DNA of 64,000 bases from Selaginella moellendorffii. Lineage: Eukaryota > Plantae > Lycopodiophyta. Of the stretch, positions 23,136 to 36,100 are shown in pieces; position 1 is the stretch's first letter, and each line of letters begins with the position of its first letter. The stretch spans positions 1 to 64,000 of the forward strand of contig NW_003314365.1 in the NCBI RefSeq assembly GCF_000143415.4. The letters are read 5' to 3'. The notes beneath the pieces are model-generated. The model did not search any database. It saw only the letters and a list, made by a program, of their open reading frames with translations, and had not been told where the DNA came from. A program made the translations under genes and the position numbers.

Positions 23136-25647
23136 TTTTACTTCGCTTGCGCAAGGCACCTGGGTCTTTATGGAATTCGCTGGAGTGCAGCAGCAGCCAC
23201 GATGATCATGGTCAGTGTGTCGATCTAGCCCAGACTCTTCCTTTTGCTTTAAAGTCATGCTGGAACGCGTCTCAGCATTGCTCGCTTGAACGCCAACAGG
23301 TTTGGACGAGGAGAGGAGCTTAAACTTGCAGCCCGCGTGACTCGCAATGCAGCCTTGTCTACGAAAGTATCATTGCATTTCAGCTAGAGGGGGTGTCCAA
23401 GTTTGCTAAATCCTCCTACATGCTTCGTCAAAATAGCGAATCGCCGAGGACTACTGACGACCTGGATAACGATACGCTGCTCCACACTTTCCAGCAGCGT
23501 TTGACTGCCACGCTTGTGCCAACCTCATGTAAGAAAGAGTGGAGCTGAGCGAGAGCGTAGCCTTTCTTCTCGACGTGGGTCCTTGCAGAGCATTGTGTTG
23601 TATCATTCCACCGCTTGTCATGCTTCTTCTTTGCTCTCACCTGACGCTCGATCAAGGCTCTCACAGGCTGCAATGAATAACAAAGGAATCACTGGTGCAT
23701 CAACCCTCAGGTTCTGAGTCTAATCAGTTGCACCAAATCAGGGATGTGCCTCTCGTGTTTTTGGGAGTGAGTATTTAATTTCATGGTTTTGAACATGGCC
23801 AGAGGATTTGATCTTGCAAAGAAGAGAGAAACAAATAAATACCCCAACCTCCAGCACTCTTGACATTTCCAGATGCCTCTCAACTCTGCTCTTCAAGAGG
23901 GTGCTTGGATCAAATCTAGCTTGCTCATTTTCCAGAAACTTTTCTTGTTCCGAGAAACAAATTTTGCTCCAAAAAAATCCTGGAACCAAGAAGAGAGGCT
24001 TGGAAACGTTCGCGCGACCTTGCCCACGTGATTGATACGGAACAAGAAATCAGCACGCGTGCCATTCACTCAAAATCAAAAACAAGCGAAACACTTTAAC
24101 AGGCTATTAATGTTTAATTTGGACGGGAACCTGGATATCTGGCTAGAATAAAGAAATTTATTGGCAAGGTCACAGGTTCGAATCCACAGCCAGAGAACCA
24201 CCTAAAAACACTTTTTTCAAGTGTAGGCGATATTGGAGTTTCTCCGCGATATTGGAATTTCCTTGTTTCTCCCTCCCCCAGGCTCGAGAGACAAAAAAGA
24301 CAGTGGTCGATCTAGCCCAGAAAGAAAGGATCCTGGAATGTGTCTCTCGCTTGGAACGATAATAGATTTGGAGGAGGAACTTGCGCCTCCAATGCAGCCT
24401 TGTTACGATCGCACAGAGTGCTGCAGACAGCCAAGGAAGAACACGAACGCTGAGCGGCACACTCTGCAAGCTGGAACGCGAGCTATTGAGCGGAGCAGAG
24501 ACAGGACACGACCCTGGACATCGGTTTACCGATGCCCAAGAGTTTTGGCAACCTTCGAATGGCTGTGAGTCATGATCTCCAGCCCAGAGGACAGGTCCAA
24601 CTAGCATCGGACTTTTCCCCACTCTTTCATTTTCCAGCGCTGGAATTTGGCTCGACACTGGCCTCGTCTAGCTTCCCAGATCTCCCCAGCAGATCCACCA
24701 AGCATCTTAAATGTTCCATGATCGTGGACATGCTGTAGTCTTGGGCTATGGACGACAAGTAGTTCTCATCCCGAGATGACTGCAGGCAGAAGACCTCGCT
24801 CTGATCACAAGATGCAAAGGAGGGAGAAGCGTTGCAAAAAATTTTGATTGGGTCGCTGGCTGTGGATTCGAACCTGTGACCTTGCCAATATATTTGTTTA
24901 TTCTAGCCAGATATCCGGCCATCAGGTTCCCGTCCAAATCGGACACTAATTGCTTCTTACCTTCACCATAACGGCGCAAGCTCTCGCTCATTTCTAAGCA
25001 TCCTTTCTAAACCCGTGGGAACGTTTTATAAGGCTGTCATCCTTTCTGCGGTTGTCAAGCTCACATTATGGAATGAAGATTTCACCACTGAATCCCTGGG
25101 ATAACCTACCTTTTCGTTTTTTGAGAAACAAGGTTTCCCTGCATCCAACGACTGAATGTCCGAAGATGGCTTGTTTGAGCATTGAAGATTAAATTGATCC
25201 AGGCACGCTCTTGATTGGCAGCAAAGTTAAGAGTACAAGGCTGGAGGTACTTCTCTGTTCTTTCAAATCCTGGGGAGCTATTTCATCAAGGGGCTTTCTT
25301 GTCGTGTTCTATCCAAGTTTGATGCTTGTTCCTAGCAGCAACAAGAAAAAATCCATGAAATTTCAAGTCACACCCTGTGTGAAGAAGAGGGGGCAATGCA
25401 TGGAAAGTACTCGAGGCCAAAAGGTGGCTGTCCACAACAAGAGTATTTAGAGCAAAAAGGGCGACCTCACGATCCTTGTGTTGTATCATCGCCTCGCTTG
25501 CCATGCTTCTTCTCTTGTACGCCATCAGCTATGCAGAGTCTAAACTAGCAAGCAGCTCTTGAGGAATTGTTTGCTCTCACCTGATCCTCGATCAAGGCTC
25601 TCACAACGTACCAGGGACTAGACTACAGTGGTTTGCATAGATGCAAC

Positions 25648-26290
25648 ATGGCCGTTTGCGACAAGAGAAATGCTGGTCACGTCTTTCGAACTGCAGCTAC
25701 CTGAATTGGATGCCGTGGTTGGCTGCTTGCGAACAGTTAAGCTATCAATCACTGTGCCTCTTTTGTTATTTTATTCACTCCAATGGTGGTGATTTGCCAG
25801 GTCCCCCAGGAAGCAGAGACTATCGTCAAAGAGACCATCCATGGTTTTAATGCTTCTCATTTGCCTCCTCCAAAAGAGGGCGTCATTCACATGGAAACCA
25901 ACGGTGGATTCATCCTCCAGAAGATTAGCGACGAGAAATGCTACATAAGGTACGCTATTAGTTTTTTTTTTTTTTTTTTTGTATTCTTCTTAAGATAGTC
26001 ACTACTTCTTTTACAGAGCAGTAATACACCTGGACCTTAAGCTCGACCTTGTTCCGACATGGGTGATTAACTTCCTTGGGCGTCAAGTTGTGGGACACGG
26101 CTTCAGGCTATACCTCAAGGTATATTTCTTTCCTTTTGGGGGTGAAAAATGTCTAAGCTTTGTGTGTTACAACAGACTGTTTCTTCTGTTAAAGAGAGCA
26201 AAGTGTTTCAAGAATGCAGCAAGCAACAGCCACTCTACAGCCGCATAACGTTACAGATGCTACCAAAATCGAGCCACGAAAATGGATACA
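25648..26290 (+). pseudogene. START/Bet v1-like lipid-binding domain gene fragment with introns
   Basis: Exons WPFATREML.., VPQEAE..GGFILQKISDEKCYIR and AVIHLDLKLDLVPTWVINFLGRQVVGHGFRLYLK, separated by GT..AG introns. The 5' part is missing. Confidence 0.65.
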
Positions 26291-27344
26291 AGAGTTGAGG
26301 TGCTTTTGATAAGAAGTATTCATAAGCTTCCTGCACAAGAGCATTTACATTTATAAACAATTTATAAACAAAGAGGAGCTTGAGGCCCACCGATACTCCT
26401 GAAAAGTCCGAACTTATTCATGAGACATATGCAAGGTGGGTTTTATAAGATTTCTGTTGTTTTGCATGTCTAGAAAAATCTGCTGCAGTCAAGCTCAAGA
26501 AAGAAACCATTCTCTTCTCGATGGAATGAAACTCTCACTTGTTCCATGCTCTGGCGAGGCCATGGCAAACAAAATGGGTGGACTCTTCGTCTCAATCTGA
26601 CAAGCAGCTGATGCAAAGGCTACTTTTGAGAAACAAAGCGTAAGTATGCTGCAACAAGAACCAGCAACAACCGTTTAAGGTATTGTCGTGGAAGATGGCT
26701 TGCCTGAGCTCGAGTTTGATTTGATCCAGGCACCCTGGTCCCATCTATTCTTCACTTGGTTGTCAAAGCTTGGAGGTCCATAGGTTTCGATCCTTTCAAA
26801 TCCTGCTCCAACTTTTGATGCCTTTTCTTGGCAATAATATATTGCTCTGAAACCGTGAAAGCTTACTCACCTGCAAAAAAAACTCTAGGGTTGCACCAGA
26901 CATCCAATAAACCAGAGAAGCTCTCGAGGAAAATCCTAGATTTAACATAAACAAGTCACACCTCATGGAATTGGTGGTGATCTTGGTGCAACTAGCTAGT
27001 TAAGCTTGTCCTTAAACACATGGTTTTGGCATTTGTCTTTCACACTATTGTCCAATCTTGTGAAAGCCTTGACCGAGCTTAAACTCAATCAGCTGAGAAC
27101 AAGCTGTCTCAAAAGTTTCCAAAGAGCAGAAGGCATAATACAAAGGTCACAAACTCATCTCATCACAAGTTGCATTGTGGTCACTCCACGCCTTGGATGT
27201 TGATGAACTACAGGCCTCCATTTATCTTGGAAAATACATCTATGAGGAATGAAGCAATCTGGACAATAGTATAAGCAAAATGAGCACGAGAAGAACCATA
27301 CATACCATGGAAAAGCATAAGTTCTACACTCAAAACGACACACA

Positions 27345-27510
27345 CATGGCACGGGCAATGTTCGATCAAATGCCCGAGTGCCACAACATTGTCGCATGGA
27401 CTGCTAGGCCTACGCTCTCACTGGGAATTTCTTCCACGCTTTAATTTGATCCTCTACCAGGAGATGGTCTTGGAAGGAATGGCTCCCGACTAGATCACAT
27501 TCACTTCCGA
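27345..27510 (+). pseudogene. PPR gene fragment
   Basis: Frame-broken AYALTGN..LYQEMVLEGMAPD*ITF motif. Confidence 0.55.
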
Positions 27511-27974
27511 AATCAGAAAAGTTCTTTGTCAGGATGTACCATCTAGTAGGACGAAACTGGCCTCAAGAATGCTAGAGCATAAGTTATAACATGTAGATAC
27601 GTGGGGCTCCTCGCCAAATGATGAACCTATGCAGAGACTTGCCCGATCGTGGAGCACTAGTACACGCAAGGTGGATTGTTAACATTGAGGATGTCATTGT
27701 CGTGTGCTAAAGTGGCCTGAAGAACGCCACCGTGATTGGATTCCTTGTGATTCCATCACTCTTTTAGCTAATAGAGCTTCTAATTACAATCTTTTACAAG
27801 GAACCCACAGTACAAAGACTAAGCTCGGTTACTAAGCTCAATAATGAAGATTAGGCCATTGTTGGAATGTCCATTTTAGGGAGTTGTGCTCTTATTGGAT
27901 AGCTCATTGTAACGCTTGAGCTAAATGCTTTTCAATTAAAACGTATAATAATATGCTTTGCCTCCTGTGGGAAC

Positions 27975-28672
27975 ATGCAGTCTATGTTAGGAGATCTCAG
28001 CAGGCATGGTGGATCAATGTTCCATCTGGAACGGATGAAATTTCTTGCTCAAGGTGCTCGTCTGCCCACATTCCACAGCAATATTCTGAAGCTGTACGTG
28101 AAGGAGATATTCGATGGGTTGTACAAAGAGATCAGGAAGATCCTGGTGCCGTTCATGTGGATGTTGTGCTGCCATTTGAATGGAAATTCCGGGGTTGGTA
28201 AATCTGCATTCGTCTGGTACTTCCGGTCATGATCTACGAGTCCAGAGCGACTGTTTTGATGTTCAAGGGTAACAAAGCTCAGGGTGGTGAATAGAGAAGA
28301 CTTCCCTCAGGAGATTGTGCTGGACAGCAAAGTAGATACCATCTCATCGATCTGTGAGTGGACTTGGGGCGGATGGTTGGAAATAAAACCCTTGTTGCTG
28401 CTTCATCACCAGATGAGTTCAATGTCAGAAAAGCCAAGCGGACAACGTTCACTCGCTATCTGCCTGCGTGGGAAAAGCACGAGTACGATGCTCTTGTGTC
28501 TTCTTGGAGGAAACGCGTGACAGACTACGAGAGTGGATCGGAAGAAGCCAAAGAGATAACGCAGAGAGTGAATGCTGCTGAAATGGCGTTTGAATGGTTT
28601 GGAGGTATCCCCTGGTTTCTTTGGGATGTAGAAGCAAACGGTCTGACTGTGGAAGCTTTCGAAAGGGATTGA
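27975..28672 (+). pseudogene. Crinkler/RHS-type P-loop NTPase fragment
   Basis: LYVKEIFDGLY..LNGNSGVGKSAFVWYF (Walker A), VAASSPD..YLPAWEKHE..FEWFGGIP. Frameshifted between ORFs 27975..28232 and 28358..28672. Confidence 0.65.
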
Positions 28673-29115
28673 AGCACCTGAGTATGGTTCTGACTCCTGA
28701 TTTTGTCCTTCAAGCGTTTTGAGCGTTGGTGGTCCAGGAAACTAAGGTGCGCATCTTCATGCTCTCAAACATGCTCCTGGTGGCGCTCAAGTTGAAACTT
28801 GCGTGAGAGCTATCCAGCAGACAATGGTCTTGCGCAGGATCTCGTGAACGGCCTTGTCAAAATGCCCATTCTCGCAAATGCGAGGATCCACGGTACTGGA
28901 TTCTTCTCCGGGATTTGACCGAAGCTGTTCTTCGTGAGGGCAACGACGCCTTGGATGGTCCTAATGATGGAAGTCGTTGTAATTCTTAGGATACTACTTT
29001 ATCCATCACGAATAGCATCAATACAGTAATCACTTCGAAGCTTTTAAAATAGGATCTACATATTTTGTCTTGGTAATGGGAGATTTCACTTCCTGAACAT
29101 AGTCGCTTCTATATA

Positions 29116-29607
29116 TCAGGTGAAGCAAGATCTAACGTCCACATCTTGATTGATTTCATTTGCTGTTAAATCCATCCATTTTTTGAATTTTTTTTGTGTG
29201 TGGCTATCCGGCACCAGGAATCGTCTAAAATCCATGGTGAGGCTCTTTGGGTATCGAGGTTTCTTCATTTGAATCCTTGGAATCTTTCGGTTTTCGGTTT
29301 TCGACATCCAAGCCGGCTCCCTTTCGTCCTTGGGCGGCTGGATGCCTTGGATGATCGCCGCATTTTGCCGCGTCTTGGCGTCCGGAAGGGATGTGTCAGG
29401 GAGCGAAGCAATTGCGTCAGAATAGATGCAGCTGAGCTCCTGGACCAGCTCGTCCCAAGTCCGGCACGACAGGCCAGTTGTGTAGTTGAGAGAGAGGGGA
29501 TGGAAAACGTCGCCTTTGTCTGGGTGTAACCGGATGGAGAGCTCCGAGGGATTCAAGCCACCCAAACATCGAGAGATGGCAGCTTTCCGCTGCACAGACA
29601 CCTCCAC
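29116..29607 (-). CDS. Hypothetical protein, 163 aa, family not recognised
   Basis: Open frame with ordinary composition and a non-ATG start call. No motif recognised. Confidence 0.3.
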   Translation of the reverse strand: MEVSVQRKAAISRCLGGLNPSELSIRLHPDKGDVFHPLSLNYTTGLSCRTWDELVQELSCIYSDAIASLPDTSLPDAKTRQNAAIIQGIQPPKDEREPAWMSKTENRKIPRIQMKKPRYPKSLTMDFRRFLVPDSHTQKKFKKWMDLTANEINQDVDVRSCFT

Positions 29608-30301
29608 TAAAATCTAACGGTTTGGATGGTATATTCTAAGATATCCTTTAATCCAACGGCTGTGATGTATCGCTCTTAACCTTTTATTTGTTTGTAGTTA
29701 CCACTAATATAAACTGCGTTTAAAAGTTCATTCTCATTCACTATTTCTAGCTTGTTGTCTAGCGTCTTTCTTGTTCAAATGGTGAGGAAGGCTTGCATAT
29801 GCTGGCAGGGTCATCGAGAATTCAATGGCACAACATTGTGTGTGATTGATAGATTATGCTGAAGTGACAACTGATGAGAATTTGGTATATATGATCGAAT
29901 TGGTAAGCTCAATGGCATGTTTGTGCTGTTTGTGTGCTACTGGAGCAAATCAAATATATATATCTTCCCTTCCACAAAATTTGATTGCATGAGTACAGTG
30001 GAGATGCACCTAAGTTAATACTTTTTAATGATCTGTTTGTTTAAGTCTGTAATAATGGATTCCATTGATTACAAGTTTGGTTTTGCTTCTTTACTATGAT
30101 CTAGTACCAACTTAACAACACAGTTAATCTTAGGTGAGATTTTGAGGAGAGCCACTCTCACTAGTAGATTGTATAGTGTTAAAAAAAAGGAAAATAATAA
30201 AATGGTCCAGAAACTCAACACAGTTAATTTAATAATAAAATAATAAAATAGTGTTCATGTTAGGGGGCGACCCTAACACCGTATTATTCTTAATTGAAAG
30301 T

Positions 30302-30384
30302 CGAGGCGGATGGGAATCGAACCCAGCAACCCTTCACAATAGAACATTACAGCGTGCATGCTATAACCACAAAGCCATGAACAC
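30302..30384 (-). pseudogene. tRNA-derived pseudogene or SINE head (Tyr-like GTA)
   Basis: Minus strand: A-box-like TGGCTTTGTGG, CTGTAA anticodon-loop-like segment, B-box GGTTCGATTCC. The acceptor stem does not pair. Confidence 0.55.
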
Positions 30385-30439
30385 TGGGAGATAACAAAAT
30401 ATTATTTCAGCACCTCTTATTTGAAAAACAAGATTTGGA

Positions 30440-31020
30440 ATCCATCTGATTGTCCACGTGGACGACATCCAGGGGCTGCGAGGCCAGAGGATCCACGCGC
30501 GGATCCTGGAGAGCAGCTACTGGCCGAATCAATACCGTCTTCATCCGGCATGAAATCAAAGATTTCTTCCTCTGCTATTCACTGCTGGAAGGGGAACCCA
30601 TGGAACGTCCTGTCATTCTGGGCAGTAGATTCGTCCAGGACACGAGATCCTTGGCCGGCGTTTTTGCCCAAGCTCGATTTCGCTGCCACAATTTGCCCCT
30701 GCTGCGCGAGAGCCATTATCATCGAGTTCCATGGCGCTCTGAGACGCAATCAAACATAGACTCACACTCTCGGATGCGGGATGCCGCCACATACGCGGTG
30801 ACCATCGCGTTCCAGGAGACGATAATCGAACAAGATTGACGCCGCATCGATCGAATGCCCTGTTCTTGCTGCTCGCATTTGCCAGCGAAAGGGAATATCG
30901 CGCGATCCAAGAGCCTGAACCCGGCGCGGCGGCGTGGATCATTCGGGGGGATCGGCACGAGAGAAGATTTAGCTCCAGCAACGCTGCCGAGAGCGACTTT
31001 GCGGAGAAGAGAAATCCCTC
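30440..31020 (-). pseudogene. PPR (PLS-class) gene fragment
   Basis: IVSWNAMVTAY..SMFD in ORF 30719..31081, with stops and frameshifts. Confidence 0.6.
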
Positions 31021-32339
31021 GTTCATACAAAAAATTTTGATTGGGTCTCTGGCTGTGGGTTCGAACCTGTGACCTTGCCAATATATTTTTTTATTCTAGC
31101 CAGATATCCGGCCATCAGGTTCCCGTCCAAAGTGTACACTAATTGCTTCTTAACGTATACCATAATGTAAACAGCGGCGCAAGAGATTTTCGTTTTGTGG
31201 GCGCATGGCGCGCAGCGCGTTGCTGCTGTCAAGCTCAAGAAAGAAACCATTCTCTTCTCGATGGAATGAAACTCTCACTTTCTCCATGCTCTGGCGAGGC
31301 CATGGCAAACAAAACGGGTTGGATGGACTCTGCATCTCAATCTGAGCAAGCAGCTGATGCAGAAGCTATTTTTGAGAAACAAAGTATAAGTATGCTGCAA
31401 CAAGAACCAGCAACATCCGTTTAAGATATTGTTCTGGAAGATGGCTTGTCTGAGCTCGAGTTTGATTTGATCCCGGCACCATGGTCCCGGGAATCTATTC
31501 TTCACTTGGTTGTCCAAGCTGGAGGTCCATAGGTTTGGATCCTTTCAAATCCTCGGGGCGTGAGACTCTGGAGCTCCAAGTTTTGATGCCTTCTCTTGGC
31601 AATAATATAATATATTGCTCTGAAACCGTGAAAGCTTACTCACCCGCAAACAAAACTCCAGGGTTGCACCAGACATCCAATAAACCTGTGAGAGCCTTGA
31701 CCAAGCTCAAACTCAATCAGCTCAGAGCAAGCTTTCTCAAAAGTTTCCAAAGAGCAGATGGCATAACACAAAAAACGTATACCAGGTCACCAACTCATCT
31801 CATCACAAGTTGCGTTGTGGTCACTCCACGCCTTGGATGTTGATGAACTACAGGCCTCCATTTTATCTTGGAAAATGCTCGAGGCCAAAGGGTGGCGAAG
31901 ATGAGGAATGAAGCGATCTGGACTGGACAAGAGTATAAACAAAATGAGCACGAGAAGAACCATACATACCGCGGAAAAGCAGTGCTTGTGCTTGTGAGCC
32001 TAGTTTGAAGATGTCTGAGACTGAGAAGAAAGACCATGCTGCTCGACTCATAGAGCACGCCCGGAGCAGCACACCGCCCGGGTAAAGAGCCCCCTGGATC
32101 GAAAATGTGCAGCAGTAGCGTATAATGGCAATGGCGGTGGTTTTCCATGGCATCGTTCTTGAGCCTTGATGAGGAGGTGCCATCCAGCGAAGATTTGCAG
32201 GAAGGAGGAGCGATCTCCAGCGGTGGGCGCCTGGGCGAGAATGCGGTGAGCACAGATCTGGGAGGGGGAAGGCGCATCCACGAGGAAAATCGTCTCCAGC
32301 GGCCTCGAGGTTCCTTGCTAATCTGGTCATAGAAAGGTA

Positions 32340-32820
32340 TGGAAAGTGCGGGCGCTGGAAATCTTCCAGAAGATGAAAGATCGAGGTTCTTTCTCGTGGA
32401 AGATTGCGATCGCGGCATTTGCCCTTGTTACTCTTTTTCGAGCATCCAGACAGCAGGGGTATGGCCTCCTCCAAAGGCCGTGGTTGATTTACCCTCCAGC
32501 AGTAGTCTTTCAACCAGGCCTGGAGCGGGCCTTCTGCCAACTTAAGTCGAGGTTCCTGGTGTTTCTCACCATGTGTTTCTCACCTGGATCTCCGCCACAT
32601 CGCCATTGATAGCTGCAAGAATTCGATCGACGAGCATTTGCTGGGCAAATGGGTTCCAGAAGAAAACATTTCCATCTTCCATTTTGTGGAGGACACCCAA
32701 GGCATCCGCGGTGCGCCCGCACTTTCCATACATTTCCATGATGAAATTCGCGAGGAATCTATGACGATCAGAGCAGCGTCTCCTCCTCGTCGTCAAGAAC
32801 AATGCGATGGAACCATTCGT
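32340..32820. pseudogene. PPR fragments on both strands (repeated at 42537-43322 and 59728-60491)
   Basis: Plus strand RALEIFQKMKDRGSFSWKIAIAAFA; minus strand FLANFIMEMYGKCG..DALGVLHKMEDGNVFFWN. Confidence 0.7.
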
Positions 32821-33170
32821 TAACTACAGGTAAGCTTCGTCAAAATAGCAAATGTCGCAAGGACAGCGATAGCAGAGGTGACGCTGCCACCATTTGGATA
32901 ACGATACGCTGCTCTGCACTTTTGCTCGCATTCCAACAAGGAAGTTCCTCACCCGAGAAGCGCTTGTCTGCTGCGCTTGGCTGGATGATCCGGTCTGGCT
33001 CAAACCAAGACAAGCCTTCAAACAATACCTCGCAAAGCAAGCATCACAAGCATTCTTGTGATTTAAAGCGGTATTTATATACTCTTGTCCAGATTGCTCA
33101 AGAACGCACAAGAGACTGTCTTGAGCTTCATTCCTCACCTTTGCCACCTTTCGATTTTCGTCAAGCGATG

Positions 33171-36100
33171 TGAAGAGGTGTGAAAACTCCTCTTCACTGG
33201 AAATCTGCTCGATCTCCAAGGGCAGAGAAGAAGCACGAGAAAACGAATGCTATGTATTGATAAGAAAAACGATGGAATAGAGATAGGTATCCACAATTCA
33301 GATTCCAGTTCTAATTGCTAGCATATACTATATGCTGTGCATGATTTAATCTATGGCTCCGATGCAGCCCTGGGTTCAAAGTCGGAGTCCCCTGAGCCTG
33401 GGTTTTTAGTTGATACACTCTGCTCCCCTGACAGAACTAGACACCGTCCTCGGTGCGAACATAGTCAGTTTCCATTGCTTGTTGTTGCTGCTGCTCAAGT
33501 CGATAGAGGCGATGTTTTTGCTGCGGGAGTGTAAGCTCGTGGTTAGGGACACTGTCTGGTGGATCTGTCCCATCTTCCTAGAGGTCGGCTACCTCAGCCA
33601 GCAGGGCGGTATGATTCCTCGAGCTTTCAGTAGCGAGTGTTGATCTCTTCGTATTTGAATTTGTAGGTGAATTCATGAGCTGTTGATGGGGTTGATGGCT
33701 GCTTGGAGACGATCTTCCTGATGTCCTAGAGGTCAGTGCAGATCTGCTTCATCTCTTCGAGCTGAGCATCCAACTGGTGGTTTAAAGGCTCATAGAATTC
33801 CTTCTTAATCGCTCCCTGGAGTCTTGCTTGAGAAGATGCTGTGCAATGTCGGCTCGTGTTGGGAAGTAGTTTGCTTGCTCGTGGTGCATGCGTTGATCGA
33901 GGGCTTCAAACAACTTGCGGGTGTAGTAGCTTGGGTCGCGAAGTTTATCTTCATACTCCTTCCTGATCTCGTCATAATCATGGCCTACCTGACTCTGTGG
34001 CTGAGGCATAGCTGCTGCTCCTACTCCTGCTCCGTGATACTGGTATTTCTCGCTGTGTTCTTGGTCCCGGGAGTTGAGTTTGCTTTGTTGGATATGGGTG
34101 ACGTGGTCGGGCCAGATTCTTTGAGGTGGTTGGAGATGAGCTTTTCAGTTTGATGGTGGATGAACGGCCCAGATGTGGCGCTGAAATTAATTTATCCATT
34201 CGGAAATTTTTCGCTTGGAATTTTGTTGAAGGGGCGGAATTTTTGTGAATGCTGGTCGTGGTATTTGCTGGAGGAGGCATGGTTGTGTGTTCTTTAAGTG
34301 ATTGGTGAAGGTAGTCAATGTTTTCTTTTGTGGAACGTGTCGAGGAGGTCGAGGCGTTGAGAATGTTGTTCTCAGCTGGTGGAGAAATTGAGTTCAGGGC
34401 GAGCAGCTGACATTTTCCTTTGGCGATGTTGATGTGTTTGTGAGAAATTGTTGGTTTTGGGGCTGATTCGAGTGGATGCGGGCTCTAGGGTGAGTGTGGA
34501 TGGTGGTGTGAGTTATCTTCATTGTCGCTGATGATGAGGTGCTCTCAGATCAGCGGTGGCGGCGAAGTGGAGTTGAATTGTTGGAGTGTTTGTTGCTAGA
34601 GCTGGTGTTGTTGGAGTGAGTTGAGCCTGATTGTTGAGATGTTGGCTTCGGTTTCTTGCTGGGAGTTGCTCCTTCTGATTCTGACTGGTCTTCGGAGCTG
34701 TCACTTTGTTCTGTGGAGTTCATTTGGGTTGTCCACGGTTATTTGTTGGGAAGAGCTTGGTGTAGAGCAATCAGCAGTGGGAATATTACTGTCCGCATGG
34801 TCTTTTTGTTGAGTGTGGCGAGGATGGTGCGGTCGAGAAGCTTGAGAAGGAGCTCATGGAGATGATGAGCCACGTTCACACGTTTGCCGTCAAGTAGAGC
34901 TCTATAGACTTCTACTCTGCACTTGCCAATGGTGCGATCTATTGGGTGAAGTTCGTAGTAGAGGAGGAGGGCTTTGAGGCGATCCATATGCTGCTCCTCG
35001 ATGTCCTCCCATGTGAGCTCACCGGTAATTTCTCGATTGGCCTTGATGATTTGCTGTGGAACTTCTCCTGAAAATTTGAACAGTCCCTTGTTGGAGATTT
35101 TGAAAACGGAGGCGATTCTTGGTGATTTCGTTGGTGCCGTCGGTTATGGTGCCGTTCTTGGGGTTGAAGGAGGCGGCCAGCTTCCTCGCTAGTTTTTGAT
35201 CAAGGTGTGTTGAAAAGGCCTTGTGGAGGAGCTCGAATCCATGGCCCTTGAGCCAGGTGGTTGTGTCGTTGCTGGGAAGCCTAGGAATATGGTGTATGAC
35301 GTATCTGAGGAGCTGGGGTGGATGAGCTGGCATCTTTCTCTTCATTTTCTATGGTCGAAGTGCTCACTCTGTTAGGGTTCTTGAAACCTGTAACTGTTGG
35401 TTGGCTGATTGTGTGGTGCTTGATTGTTGGTGATGAATGGTAGAGATTTGTTGACGGAATTGATGTGGTTTGATTTGGCTTGATTGCAGATCAATGGTGG
35501 ATATTGCTGATGAAGTTAACTCAAGTTCAACTATTGATATTTGCTCAGGTGGCGTTGATCCAACAGTAGCTTGGGACTTAGAGATTTTTGCTGCTGTTTA
35601 TTGCTGAAGTTGGTGGATGAGTTCGTGTTGAGTTGAGTTGAGTTGAGTTGTGTCGAACTGATTTGAGTTAAAGTTTGTCTGCTGGGGTGAGTGTCGATTG
35701 TTGGTTTTGGGGTGTTTGTCAGTTTGGGTCGGAAATTTGCTGAGGTGCTGATGCTGAATATGTCGACGTGATATGGTCGAAGCTTGTTGAGGTTGACGAT
35801 CTCAATGAAGTCTTCAGCGAGTGTGCTGACTTTGGCGGTGCCGTTGGGGTATAGTTCAATGATTTTGAAAGGTCCTTGCCATTTGGTGTGGAGTTTTCGG
35901 CCAAGTTTGCCGATGGGTCCTCGGTATCAGACAACATGATCGTCGACGTTGTATTTGGGAATGTTATACCGGGATGCTTGTCAGTCATACCGAGGTTTTC
36001 TCTGTTTTTGGATGGCGTGAAGTGTCTAGAGGGCGTTGAGTCAGAGTTCGTCAAGATGTTCGAGTTGCTGAAGCCTTTCTCGAACTGCATGTTGCTGTTG

